Assembly: GCA_951406725.2 (NCBI GenBank)
Contig: OX597823.1
Span: forward strand, 92,814,001 to 92,878,000
DNA: 64,000 bases
Origin: Octopus vulgaris
Taxonomy: Eukaryota
Direction: 5' to 3'
Shown here: piece after piece, positions 14,326 through 27,900 of the stretch
How positions within the stretch are numbered: position 1 is the first letter of the stretch
How the letters are laid out: every line of letters begins with the position of its first letter
Notes under the pieces: generated by a model
Told to the model about the DNA's origin: nothing
The model's input: only the letters and a program-made list of their open reading frames with translations
Databases searched by the model: none
Program-made: the position numbers and the translations under genes

Positions 14326-16482
14326 TACACTGTAACACATGCTTTGTTTATTTGTATTTTTTAATGTTCATGTATGCATTTTTTGCCACTAAATTCAAAA
14401 ATCACATTCCTTTGACGTAACATAGATAGTTATTTATTTATTCCTAATTTCATAATTTGCTCGTTATATTTGTAACTTTTCTCTACAGCACTTTGTTCGT
14501 TCAATCTGTTCTAGTATTGTAAGGATAATTACACAACATTTAGTACTTTTTCATATATTGAAAGGTATTTAGGAAGTATTAGAACAAAAAGAAGCAATAA
14601 AATTCTGCCCTGTAAATGCCTTGATAACTCTTTTCTTAAGATGAGAAGTGCTTTGACGATCGAGATTTTCCGGAGTGCATACCCTCTCTTCTGACTAGGG
14701 ACCATGTATAATCTCCCATCATAGCAGTATCCCGTCGTCCTTGGTATCTTCTTTCCATAGTTGCGATGTCCTGGTGAAATCTTTCACCATGCTCCTCACT
14801 GACATCACCCAAGTTGAGAGTGCAAAAAAATTAACCTTTAACATACGACAACCTATTTTCTTGAGGTTTTCAATAAGCTTTGCTACCGGCTGTTTGTAAT
14901 TAGGATCCACGAACTACATCACGAAATGCATACCAAGCTTCTTTTTCGACTTTTGTCACCGCTCATTCCAGTTTCTTCGACTTTAACATTGCATTTACTT
15001 GAGGCCCAACAAATATTCCACCCTTGATCTTAGCCTCAGATAGCTTTGGAAACATAAGACAAATTTCTTGAAAAGCTTCTCCTCCAAAATCTAAGGCCTT
15101 CACAAACTGTTTTACCAATCCGAGTTTGATATGAAGTGGAGATAATAAGAGTTTGATGGAATCTACTAGTGGCTGTTTGAGAACATTTAACATTCCTAGC
15201 TGCAGTTCCACTCGTAGGGGCCAATGTACTCTCTTGTAATGATCATCATCAGCTCTACTGTCCCATGAGCAAAGGAAACATGAATACTTTGTGTATCCCC
15301 CTTGCAAGCCAAGAAAGAAGGCAAGCATCTTGAAATCACCACAAACATCCCACTTGAACTCAGCGTAATTTATTTTGTGGAGAAGTACTTTGACATTATC
15401 GTAATTTTCTTTCTTCTGTATGGAGTGTGCAAGAAGCAAAGAAGGATATTTATTTCCATTGTGGAGCATCACTGCTTTGAGACTTCGTGTTGAGCTATCT
15501 ATGAATAGTTGTTATTCTGCAGAATCATGCTCGAGTCCAATATCAGTAAACAAACCAATCACATCTTTACAATAACACAGATCATTAATATTTTCATAGT
15601 AATTTTCAAATTCTTCATGGCGTTTCCAGTACAGAGATGTCTTGCAGTCTTCCTCCAGTAGATTCCATTCCTTCAACCTTGATGAAAGAAGTTCAGCTCC
15701 TAACTTAGTAAGACCCAGATCCCTGATTAAATCATCTAGCTCGCTCTGATTTGGAAAGTGAGGCTCTGAAATCGTTCTTGGTACGAAAGCTTCCTCCAGC
15801 TCTTGGCTGCTGCTACTTGTTGACTCTTCAGATGAAATATTTTCTGGTAGTGATACTCATAAACTGTCATCATGTGGGACAGCTGCTCTTGATGATGGTA
15901 TGTCTGGATACTGAAGAGCTTGTCTTCCTTTCACTTTTCTGTACTTTGTCACATCGATTATACAAAAGTAACAGTCATCGTGATGGTTCTTTGGTTTTCT
16001 CTACCCTTGGAATGGCAAAAGGCATTGACCTTCCTGTACCTCTTAACCATCCTTCTAGAGCAGATCGACAGCTTCCACATATCACATATGGGGCTCATGG
16101 TTTGTCCTAGTCACTCATGGACGTTCGGAAATAGTCTGTACGCTATTCACAATTTGGCACCTTTCACGATCCTATGTAATACCTGTTTTTTTCCAATATA
16201 ATAACCACACACATAGCAAAATGTATCTGGAGGATATTTACATTCTCTTGCAGACATCCTGAAAGTAGCAGAACTTAGTAATTGGTCTGAAAGAGAAAAT
16301 TAGACATACATTTAGCGGAACATTATAACAATACCAAATACATAATAATATTGAAAGCCGACATATTTTAACTGTTGATGATACACAAAATATAATTTCA
16401 TTTTTCGAATCAGCAGAAAAAATGGATTAATAAACAATAAAAAAATACAATAAACAATTTTTTTTTAAATTGTTACGTTGTG
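14326..16482 (-). mobile_element. Chapaev3-like DNA transposon, full length, decayed
   Basis: Imperfect TIRs TACACTGTAAC / GTTACGTTGTG with shared sub-terminal AAAAAATACAA(A)TAAACAA, flanked by TAA/TGA. Contains a transposase pseudogene. Confidence 0.75.
14650..16257 (-). pseudogene. Chapaev3-type DDE transposase pseudogene
   Basis: Motifs MSARECKYPPDTFCYVCG, MPFAIPR..KNHHDDCYFC, HNGNKYPS, CGDFK, GLQGGYTKYSCFLCSWDSR, LHIKLGLVKQFVKAL, IKGGIFVGPQ and QGRRDTAMMGDYTW. Stops and frameshifts present. Confidence 0.85.
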
Positions 16483-16529
16483 TGATAGATCATGCCATAT
16501 ATTTGGTTTTGTACATAGTATTGTTCTAG

Positions 16530-16980
16530 AGGATGTTTAAGAAAACCTAAGAAAATTATAAATTTCTTTTAAAATTTGAGATTACATAGTATTTTACGTA
16601 GGATATGGGCAGTTCCCATGAGCACTATCTTTTGAATTTCTGCCATTTTCGTATTTCCTGGTATTTGAGCTAGGTAGGAAACAACCCTTTTTGCTATCGT
16701 TCCTAGGACACCTATGACAGCAGGTATTGTTGTCAATTTCTATTTCAAGATATTTATACTTGCTCAGTTTTTGGTAGGGCTTGACAGATACATTTATCTC
16801 GATTGGAATAGTATTATCAAGAAGGAGGATTGATTTTTGTCCGAAGTCTTTCAATATAGTATCTGGCCTATTTGCATATATCTTTCTGTCCATTTGAACG
16901 ATCGATGAATTTGCAGAGGAGTGAGATGTGATCATTTTAAAGCACTGGATGTGGTTTGTGTTCCCACCGGTTTTTATGAT
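16530..16980 (-). pseudogene. R4/Dong-like LINE 3' fragment (RLE domain)
   Basis: DRKIYANRPDTILKD...LLDNTIP...KLSKYKYLEIEI and QKIVLMGTAHILRKIL. Confidence 0.8.
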
Positions 16981-16982
16981 GT

Positions 16983-17575
16983 AAAACCATCAATAGAAGA
17001 GAATATCACCAAACACTGCGTGTACTGCACCCCATGCAGCTGTGGCAGGTTATACAATGGCGAAAAATGCCACCCCACTCAATTATGAAGAAAAGAGAGG
17101 ATGAAACCAATAAACTGTCCACAGTCTGTCCACAGGTCTCTCCGAAAAGATACAATAGATACGCGGCCCATATGACATCAAGGCAGTATTCAAGAGTAAC
17201 ACAACACTTCGTAAATATCTCCTTCGAGTAAAACCACCAATAGAAGAGAATATAACTAAGAACTGCGTGTATTCCATTACATACAGCTGAGGTAGGTCAT
17301 ACAAAGGCGAAACATGCCGCCCCCTAAAAATAAGGGTAGAGGGACATCGTAAAGCTCTGACACGAGGAGATATTAATAAATCGTGTATGGTAAAATGGAG
17401 ATCACCTGCCCCAGTGGGATGCAGTTAAAATAATAGACAGAGAACACCACTGCAAAATACGAAAACTAAAAGAAGCATATATGCCAGGACACGATAACCT
17501 ACTAAGCAGACCGAGTGCAAATATGAATAGCATATGGGAACCCGTATTAAGGATCGATAGGAAAATATTAGATAT
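16983..17575 (+). pseudogene. Penelope-like GIY-YIG endonuclease relic with internal duplication
   Basis: KNCVYSITYS*GRSYKGETCRPLKIRVEGHRKA...KIRKLKEA...WEPVLR. The start of this segment is duplicated at ~16983-17085. Confidence 0.75.
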
Positions 17576-17652
17576 ATAAGCCCTAAGACTCAATTCATAA
17601 TTGTTCACGGGCAATTTAAGTTATTATCATAATCATTTATATTTTTATGTTT

Positions 17653-17850
<198 letters not shown>

Positions 17851-18147
17851 GGATTGTTATCATATCCTCATCTCTCTCATCAGGATTAATATAGCGTTTG
17901 TCACATATGGTTCACCATTATCAGCACCGTTCTCAAATAATGTGCTGGTTTTCATTTTCTCCATATTTCGATTATTATCTTTCAGATGAATACGATGGCC
18001 TAGAATTATGAAAGCAACTTCATCATTAACATTATCCTGAATATCAACAGCCATTTCGAGTTATTTTTTATTCTCACTAATGTGATGCACTTTAAACTTC
18101 CTATTCATAGGAAGACACTTTCTAGTTCAATATTAAAATTACTTCTA

Positions 18148-18722
18148 AGGTAGCACGCTGGCAGAAACGATAGCACGCCGGGCGAAATGCTTAGCGCTAT
18201 TTCGTCTGTCTTTACGTTCTCAGTTCAAATTCTACCGAGGTTGACTTTGTCTTTCATCATTTCGGGGTCGATAAATTAAGTACCAGTTGCGTACAGGGCT
18301 TGATCTAATCGACTGGCTCCCTCACCCATAATTTCAGGCCTTGTGCCTAGAGTAGAAAAGAATATTCCTACTCATCAAGGCGGCAAGCTGGCATAAACGT
18401 CAGCACGCCGGGCGAAATACTTAGCGATATTCCGTGTGCCTTTACGTTCTAAGTTCAAATTCAACCGAGGTCGACTTTGCCTTTCATCCTTTCGGGGTCG
18501 ATAAATTAAGTACCAGTTACGCACTAGGGATCGATGTAATCGACTTAATCCGTTTGTCCGTTCCCTCTGTGTTTAGCTCCTTGTGGGTAATAAAGAAACA
18601 GATATTTCGTGTGTCTGAGTTCAAATTCCACTAAGGTCGACTTTGCCCTTCATCCTTTCGCAGTCGATAAATTAAGTACCAGTTGCATACTGGAGTCGAC
18701 TTAATCGACTGGCCCGCTCTCC
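18148..18722 (+). mobile_element. cluster of SINE family B (MetaSINE/MESC-like), monomer plus dimer
   Basis: tRNA-like head (GAGTTCAAATTCC B box) and central GTCGACTTTGCCTTTCATCCTTTCGGGGTCGATAAATTAAGTACCAG resembling the Meta/MESC domain. Confidence 0.85.
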
Positions 18723-18784
18723 ACTAAAAAATTATATTAAAATTATTTATGTAACTGATCAGTTATCTCTTTACATGTATCATG

Positions 18785-18844
<60 letters not shown>

Positions 18845-19458
18845 TAACACGGATTTACATGTATCAATATATTACGGCTGTTTCAAGCAGCTCCATTTAA
18901 TGTATCAATGAAATCATTAAATCAATTTGAAAGCTGTTCTCTTTAGTTGCAGATGACCACATAGATTTCAAACGTAAGCGATAAACCATGTTAAACAAAT
19001 TTACATCTATCGCAGCAAGACAAAATAATTCCAGTGTTTCCTTATGTTATATCTGTGCCAGAATGAGTTTCGAAAATAATGCATATCTTATTAAGCCTAC
19101 AATATTTTAGAGAGTAGCAGAGGAAAAAAAGAGTTGGGGTCAGATAGGGGAGTGGTGAGGTAGTTATTTATATTTAGAAGACTTTATGAAGCATGTAGTC
19201 TTCACCCATTTAGAATTAAAACCATTGGGAGTTGTCAACTGTATTCTAGTTGATGGTCATAAATCAATTAACGTCAGACAATCTCCCAGGCTCTCATTGT
19301 ACTGGAACCGTATATCTAGCTTTATCTACAGAAAAAGTTATGTCGCAGAGTCGCTAGTAAATGACTGACAAATGGTGAAGAGATGGTAACTAGAAGAAGG
19401 AAGCTCTAAACCAAACTGGCAAGATGCCTCAGTTTAAATACCTAATTAAACTGAATAT

Positions 19459-19515
<57 letters not shown>

Positions 19516-21730
19516 GTATGTATGTATATGTATATATCTAACATATATATATATATGTATATATATATATATGCATTTATATACACACACGCACACACAC
19601 ATAGATATATAGGTAGGTTGGTAGGTAGGTAGGTAGGTAGGTAGGTAGACATATAAGTAGAGAAAATAGACAGGTTGATAGATAGATAGATCTATCGATC
19701 GATTTATAGAGATAGATAGATAGACTGATAGATAGATTGATCGATAGAAAAATAGATTGATTGATTGATATGGGTGCATACACTCAGTCACACATTTATA
19801 TGCATTTGTGTGTGTGTATATATCAACATATGTATATAAATGTATACCTTATACATACGTTTGAGTGCAGTATTCCTCACTGCGCATGTGTGTGAATGTG
19901 TGTGTATAGGTGTGTATGTATGTGTGCATGTAAGCATATGTGCATGTATGTATATGTGTACGTATGTATGTGGGCATATATATACATATAGCTAAAGTCA
20001 GACACGTTCAAAGAAAACAGGAGATAAAAAGTATTAAAGACAAACAGGATTCCATTGCCACTGATATATACGTTGTTACCAACTCTTGCATATACACAAT
20101 CTGAAATATTTATTATCAAGTAAACGGATCGTATTTCCACAATATAGATTATATATCCCTTTAATTATTATTGTCTTCAGCTAAAGTTCAAAGAAATTTC
20201 AAGTATAATGTCGATGTATTATTGATAATTTCTTTCTGTGTTTCACTTAGAATTCTTCACCTCTTGCATGTTCCCTCTAAATAAAAAGCTTTAAAACATT
20301 CATAAATTATAATCTTTAAACAATGTTGTGTTTTATTTTCGGGAATTACTTATGAACTGACTTGCTCTACTCTGTCTATTTAGTGTCAATCTGGAGCAAA
20401 TATCTTCCCCATTCTTTGTCTCGTGAAGTCACAAGACCTGGTTTGCTGTCTGTTGCACGCACAGTCGCAAGATTTGCAACTTTGGTTTCTGGAGTGTACA
20501 CAGCGCATTGTTCTGTAGCAGGGCGTTACATTTCAAGTTACTTCAGTTCGATCGCCCCTAAAGGAGAGACCACGCGATGGACAGGAGTTACATTTAGTTG
20601 GGATGTTCTGACGTTGGTCAGTGAAATCTCATCGAAACCGAATGACTGGCACTTTAGATCCTAGGACTCGAGACAATAAGGTTCAGTTGACTACTACATT
20701 AATTTTACTTTTCTATCTATTGTATCTCTCAGTAACAATGTCCTGCGTGCTCAGGTTCTGCCGGAACTCTTTTCATAAAGGATGGTTCGTAAGATCATGG
20801 GCTACTATTGGTTGATTACATATCCAGCCAACGACTCTACTCAAAAACGAGGATGTGTTCTGCTACTTATAAGATGCGGGGGTGTAATTTCAAACTGGTT
20901 GACCATGTTGCTCGATTTTCCGAGTTAGACCCGAGTACCAGGTCCCCAACTCGTGTTGGATTCACGACTCATAGTCAGGGAAGATGAGAAGGTCTGACTG
21001 GGGCTCTGCTCAACGGACCACCCGAGAGGACTTGGGAATATGCCAACAAATGATGAATGCAGCAACGTGCTGCAACGGTGCATGCTCCCACAGGAGATCC
21101 TTGTAAATATATTGTACGAATTATATTGCAATTACTAGAATGTTACCCACACTAAGAAACTCTGAAAGTACATTTTTGCCAATATGAGAAATATCAGGAA
21201 ATATATCATTACATATGGCATTAGATTTGATCAAATTTGCTGTTCCTCAAACCAAATGACGAAATGAATGTTAATTTTCAAGAGAAAGTTAGTTATAACA
21301 TTAGCTTCAAATTTTGACACAAGGGCATTTAGTTCGGAGCCATGCTAGAGCATCGCCTTTAAAGCTAATGCTTGTTGATTTCAGACTCAACTTCCGGTTC
21401 AATCAGTGGAATCGATCCTGGTGTAGTATTGAGTCACATAGAACTGCACTTCCTTGTGTCTCTTTTGATGTGGTTATAACAAAAATTAGTCGAATTATTC
21501 TCTGAACACACATATCGAGACCCTACCGATCTTTGACACCTTTTGGCCGGGCCTTGTATATTTGCCGGACTTTCAACTCCTGCCTGTTACACTATTTGTA
21601 CTTTTACACTGGATGGAAATTTTCGGATGCTTGGCCCCATTCGGTGACATCCAGTTCGGCGAATGAGATAGCTTTCAATCTCAAATTTAAGTGCTAGATG
21701 TTCCATGATCTCCCGACCCCCATATATATA

Positions 21731-22150
21731 TGTTATAATCCTTATAAGGTTGGATTTATATGACGCCTACTTCGGTATAATGTATACTTGGTAAAACCTG
21801 TAAAGACAAGACTGTCTGTGACCGCCAACTACGTATTCTGGTACTTCACGTACTTCTCTCTACTTATTTTTGTTTTTGCAACTTCAGCAGTCCTGCCAAC
21901 AACTTATCCATATTTCTACGATTTTTCATTAAATTTATACACAACTTCGTGAACTCACTAACTCCTCATCGAGTTTCTATGAACTCCACGTGAACTGGTT
22001 TATCCTAGTCGCCCCTGTTATAATCCTTAAAAATTGGTTTGTTATAACGCCCACTTCGGTATAGAGTATACGTAATAAAACTAGTACAGGCACCACTATA
22101 TCTGGCCGCCTAATAGTGCTCTGGTACTTTACGTACTTCTTTTTACTTAT
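21731..22150. repeat. diverged ~135-bp direct repeat, period 285 bp
   Basis: TGTTATAATCCTTA...ACTTCGGTATA...CTGGTACTT.ACGTACTTCT at 21731 and 22016. Confidence 0.75.
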
Positions 22151-22209
22151 AATGAATAGGTTATTCCACTCGTCACATGGAAAGAATATACCATTATTAC
22201 TAATTCCCT

Positions 22210-22264
<55 letters not shown>

Positions 22265-22499
22265 GACATGCACGAAGTAAATAGACATATTTAATTTTCT
22301 AAATTTCTGATATATGTCTTAATACATAGAATTTACAATGCAATTATTTTTTTCATTCCACGTACCATTATATTAAAAATTTGCGAAGAGTAACCATCCC
22401 AAGCACAAAAAAATCAGCAGAACTCTCAAATTTTCAAAGAGGTCGTATTGTTCGGCATCGCCGAAAATCTTCAAATTTCTCTTGCTACTGTTAATAGAA

Positions 22500-22760
22500 T
22501 CATAGTGTAATTCAAATGCCAACGGAAAGAATGAAAAAATTCTCCTCCCGGCCAACCTGAGCCGTCAGAAAGAAGCTTCGCGGTTTGAAGAGAATTGTGG
22601 AAAATGAACCAGTTCGGGGTTTCTGATATTACAAAGCAGCTAGAAGTTAGTCCAAGAACCTCTGTTACATATCTGCATAAGCTTGGGTATAATGGACGTT
22701 TAGATAGAAGAAAACCTCTCCTTCAACTAATTGATATCAAATAAAAGATTTTGAAAATTC
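22500..22760 (+). pseudogene. Tc1-like transposase N-terminal relic
   Basis: LEVSPRTSVTYLHKLGYNGRLDRRKPLL resembles the Tc1 HTH/linker. Confidence 0.55.
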
Positions 22761-22784
22761 AAGCTTCTATTTACTTCCTGCATA

Positions 22785-23118
22785 TTTGTATGTATATATA
22801 TAATTAAGAGAAATAACCTCTATTAAGTATTTCAATAGTGAAAGATATTATCTATATCAAATCATATAGAAAACATTTAAATATACTATATTAAAGATTA
22901 TTCATAAAATCACTATATTAAATACTTAATTTAGTGATTTTATGAATAATATTTATTATAGTATATTTAAATTTTTTTCTATATGGTGTAGATAATATCT
23001 TTCACTGTTGAATTACTTAATAGAGGTTATTTCTCTTAAATATATACATATATTACATATTGTGAAATTTGATTTAGATTTGCTAAATTGAATTTTCCCA
23101 CTGTAAGTTTAATATTAT
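22785..23118 (+). mobile_element. fold-back element (long hairpin plus conserved tail), copy A
   Basis: ~130-bp inverted arms centred near 22920, then tail TGTGAAATTTGATTTAGATTTGCTAAATTGAATTTTCCC. Confidence 0.8.
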
Positions 23119-23140
23119 TATTATTATTATTATTATCATT

Positions 23141-23671
23141 GAGTGAGAGAGCAGTTCATGCCATCAAAGTGACACTGGGGTAAAATATACGAAGCCCAAT
23201 ATACCCATCATGACTACCCGTCTGATAAAGGTACACCAGGCACATGCATCACAACCATATGTGCGCGACATGGTGATCTCATATCAAGATAAACAGCACA
23301 TGACCTTGCAGGTGGGGCCCAGTTAGAATTTTCTTCAGGTTGAGTAGCCCATCCCGCTCAAACGGACCCTGAATAAGGGTTGTTTAAGGATGTTGAAAGA
23401 ACCACCCATGTTTCCAGAGGTGAACTATTCAAACCCCAAAGAATCCCTCTCAACACATGGCTATGATGCTCCCCCACTACTTCAGCTCGTGATCAGAGAT
23501 GCACATATCGTCAGCCATTAAGGGACATGCTCAACTGGTTAAGGTCAAACAACTGACAAGCAAATCTGTGGTATTGAGCAGAATATTTGCTGTAGCCCAT
23601 CTTTTATATGGTAACACTTCCAATCAGTTAAGATCAGAAGCCATGAGAGCCACTGCCTGGTACTGCATCAG

Positions 23672-23672
<1 letters not shown>
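23141..23672. mobile_element. interspersed repeat in (ATT)n, copy 2
   Basis: Matches 1810-2365, with one ~20-bp deletion. Confidence 0.85.
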
Positions 23673-23737
<65 letters not shown>

Positions 23738-23794
23738 ATTATTATTATTATTATTATTATTTTAATTTTTATTATATATATATATATATATATG

Positions 23795-24186
23795 AATTAG
23801 AAAAGAATACCTTTATCAATTCAAAATGAACAATTAAATAACACCATCTAGAAAATTACATATAATAGCGATATTAAAATTAAAATAACAATAATATACC
23901 GATGATTAAGTAAACAGGTGTCGTTATTCTACCAAATATATACGTTTTTATTATTATTTTGCAATTTACTTAATCATCGGTATATTATTGTTATTTTAAT
24001 TTTAATATTTCTATTATATGTAATATTCTAGATGGTGTAATTTAATTGTTTATTTTGAATTGATAAAAGGTGGGATTATTTTCTAATTTATATATATATA
24101 TTATATTATATTTTGTGAAATTTGATTTTGTATTTCTAAATTGAATTTTTCCCTGTAAGTTAGGAATAATATTCCCTCAAATAATA
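23795..24186 (+). mobile_element. fold-back element, copy B
   Basis: Arms 23795-23915 and ~23964-24090, then tail TGTGAAATTTGATTT...CCCTGTAAGTTAGGAATAATATTCCCTCAAATAAT. Confidence 0.85.
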
Positions 24187-24845
24187 ATTATATATATGCT
24201 ACTGCATATATTTCGTGTTTTCTCCCCCACCAAGTAGAGCCTGGGTTCTCGTAGCTTCTCCTAGTTGTCCATCTGTTGCACTGAGGCAATATTCTTGGTG
24301 TTGTGGCGTTAAACAAAAGTATTTTCTTATATTTAATATATTTTCAGTAATTTTGCTGGTTTTTGAATATATTTCTTTCTACATCTAATTTGTGTGTGCG
24401 CGTGTGTGTCTGTGTGTGCTTAATAGTATCAAGTTTTATTTGTAAGTCTTGTGATGTGCTATTTGTTTATATAGAATGAAAGCAGCGTCTTGTCCAAGTT
24501 TCCTGTCCATTTGCGTTACTATAGAATGTCTATATATCACATCGTCATGAAAATGTCATTACACACGACGCTGTGTTTAAAAAAGAAAATAAATTAAGAA
24601 GTAGGAAAGTACGTAAATAAATCAATGAAAATTGAAACAGAAAAAAGAAAGGATGAAAGAAATGGAAGTGACCGCGCAATCACAAATCTCTCATGCCATA
24701 ATGAACCTGCCAGCAATGTTTTGTAAACGACGTAGACTTCTGTCGAATATTTTTAAAAGTTGTTGACACTGTGTTGTAATAAATAAAACTATCTGCAAAT
24801 TGAACAAAGCTTAATGTGGATACGTATATATGTATATATGTATCT

Positions 24846-25075
24846 GGCGGCGAGCTGCCAGAAACGTTAGCGCGCCGGGCGAAATGCGTAGCCGTATTTC
24901 GTCTGCCGCTACGTTCTGAGTTCAAATTCCGCCGAGGTCGACTTTGCCTTTCATCCTTTCGGGGTGGATAAATTAAGTACCAGTTACGCATTGGGGTCGA
25001 TATAATCGATTTAATCCGTTTGTCTGTCCTTGTTTGTCCCCTCTGTGTTTAGCCCCTTGTGTGTAGTAAAGAAAT
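24846..25075 (+). mobile_element. SINE family B
   Basis: Head, Meta-like domain, and tail ending TTGTGTGTAGTAAAGAAATA. Confidence 0.9.
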
Positions 25076-25329
25076 ATATATGTATATATCTCTCTCTCCA
25101 TATATATATATATTTATGTATATATACACACACACACATATATATATATGTATGTGTGTGTGTGTGTATGTATGTGGAGAGAGATTGAGTTAGAGATAGA
25201 AATAAATAGATAGATATACGTACACATAAGATTACATACATTCATACATATACATGTACATGCAAACACATACACGCAGGCAAACACATACATATTTATG
25301 AATGTTTCTATGGATGGTAGTATCATTAT

Positions 25330-25897
25330 TATTGAAAACAGTTTGGTTCGGCACCAAATGATTATTTTTAATAGAAATCTGGCTCGTTATGCAATATGTG
25401 TTCAACCTACGTTGCGCCAGTTTCCCTTGTTGGATGGTACGAATGTTTGTGGATGATCTCACTTAATTGTTTCCCATCGATCTCAACAGAACAACCGGAA
25501 GGCGGGGATTTGGGGATTTCGAATTTCCCTTCCTTAATGTGTGTAAACAATTGCTGTGCAGTTCTTTCAGTAGTAGCACTTTCTTCGTACAAGGTACGAA
25601 CGTCTCGAATAGATTTGGCGCGGTTTTGAAACCTCGACTGAAAGAGAAAGAAAGAGACGGTGTAGAAAATGCCTATTTTTTTCAACTTGGCACTCATAGT
25701 CATATGTCTGAAAAAGAGGTAGAGATTCTCCAAATTTCTTAAGAGTTAAACAAAAGTTGTCGCAGAAGATTAGAGCAACGAAGTCCGATAAAATTCTATG
25801 ATAGAAATACATTTTCGTGTTGAATCTAATAATATTGACAAAGTTTAAAATGAGTGGAAAAAATTAAAATGGAACAAACTTATCTCACAAACCAAAA
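25330..25897 (-). mobile_element. mariner 5' relic (HTH DNA-binding region)
   Basis: ORF 25407-25733 TLYEESATTERTAQQLFTHIKEGKFEIPKSPPSG resembles the mariner N-terminus. TIR-like sequence near 25870-25897. Confidence 0.65.
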
Positions 25898-26444
25898 CTT
25901 TTGCCACCAAACACTTCAGGGGAAAAATTTTTTTAGGACCTACGAACATTGCTGATGTTTGTAGAACACTTCTCACACACAGGCACACATTTACACACAC
26001 ACACACACACACACAAGCTTAAACACACGTATATACCAGCAACGCATAAAATATACCTATATCGGCATTTGTATGTATTGATTCCACGTATGTGCGTGTG
26101 AGTGTTTTGTACGCGTGTGCGTGTGTGATTATACATGTATGTGTATATGCCAGCCTATGTGTGGGCACAAAGACTAGCACACACAAACACACACACACAT
26201 ACACACACATACATACACATATGTATATACATATACATATATATATATGTATCGATGTGTGGTTGTGTATAAATACGTTTATATATCCATGTATGTATAC
26301 GTATAAACACAGGAACTCATACATGCACACACACATATATACATACATACATACATACATACATACATGCATACATGCATACATACATACATACATACAT
26401 ACATACATACATACATACATACATACATACATACATACATACAT

Positions 26445-26940
26445 GGTGGCTGCTCCCTAGTTATCGAGTATGGCCATTGCACGAAGCTTCATCAATGTCG
26501 TTATCGTGCAATGCCTGTGAGGAAAGGCCGTGCACTGAGTCAATCCCACTCAGTAAGCAACAGCAGCCATAATCCGAAAAGAAGAACAAGTCAACATCAT
26601 CGGTAACCACTGAGCCGCAGGTTTTATGTTGGAGTTATCCCAGTTACCTGAGTTACCTTCTCCTAAAAGGATGCCCTGACAAAGGCTAGGAGTCCTTCAC
26701 TCCCAATGGTTTAAACGCGCGATCGGGTACTCAGTCCGATTATTTCTATGACCCCGCGCGTGATACAGCCTTAAGACATTTATTAGATGGCCGTTGCCTC
26801 TCAAGAGTTCCTCCGCCCTTTGACGGGTTTTGTTTTTCATCCCGCAGGGTATGCAATAAACACCCCCCTCACAAAGCAAGCTTGGTGGGATTGCCGGTTT
26901 AGTCGCTGACAACCCGACCATGCAACAGGTTGTACTGGGT
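26445..26940 (-). mobile_element. RTE-related non-coding retroelement segment in (TACA)n
   Basis: GC-richer block with a CCTTCTCCTA..GGATGCC..ACAAAGGCTAGGAGTCC motif recalled from RTE 5' regions, flanked by CATA repeats. Confidence 0.4.
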
Positions 26941-27355
26941 TACATACAAATATACAGGCGAGCGAATTACATACATACATACATACATACATAAATACAT
27001 ACATACGAAACGGAGAATAACAAATGAAACAACAACTCACGTTGTAATATTTATATACCCAACATCATTGTATGAAACGATTAGAAGAGAAGCAACCCAG
27101 TTCAAGATAAATGATTTTAACAGGAATTTTTGCAGGGAAGCAGAACATTCTCTTAGTGGTTTGCATCGACCTTCCGATTCGTTCGCAACTGATACACTAT
27201 TTCTAGCAATAGCGTAAACTGGTGCCATCTTATCCTACCATACATTAATCACAGTTTAATCGCGATTTGCTTCAAGACATCAGATTGAATCTACTGGAGA
27301 CTATATTTTTTTGGGTCACTAATATATGAAGTATATTCTTACGGAATTATATATT

Positions 27356-27391
<36 letters not shown>

Positions 27392-27839
27392 AAGAGAGAG
27401 AGAGAGAGAGAAAGAATGAGAGAGAGAGAGAGATGTATATATACACACATAATACATATGTACATATATGTGTAGGAATATAAAAATTCATATATATACA
27501 TATACATATATACATACATGCATATATATACATTTACATGTATGTATATATTCATATATATATATATATGTATATATACTCATATATATACGTACAATCA
27601 TTTGCACTTGCATTGGTATGTATATATGCACTCACTCACTCACACACACACACATATTTATATATACACATATGCATACATGCATATTTCTGTATTTATG
27701 TGTAATTAAATATGCATACATATATATGCGTGTGTGTATATTTTAATATATATATATAAAGACTCGGTAGGAAAGAGGGAAAGAGAGACGAACATAATAC
27801 GCATGTTTACATAATACGCATTCATATTTGAGTAAATGC

Positions 27840-27900
<61 letters not shown>

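Noticed and set aside
17860-18054. ORF with faint cadherin-like words (DIQDNVND, ADNGEP)
   Set aside because: Spacing does not fit a cadherin repeat, and the ORF is too short.
18865-18950. Minus-strand HHR-like relic (CTAAAGA...GAAACAGCCGTA) overlapping a possible 27-nt micro-exon on +
   Set aside because: The core is mutated and stem I is absent. The micro-exon rests only on AG/GT signals.
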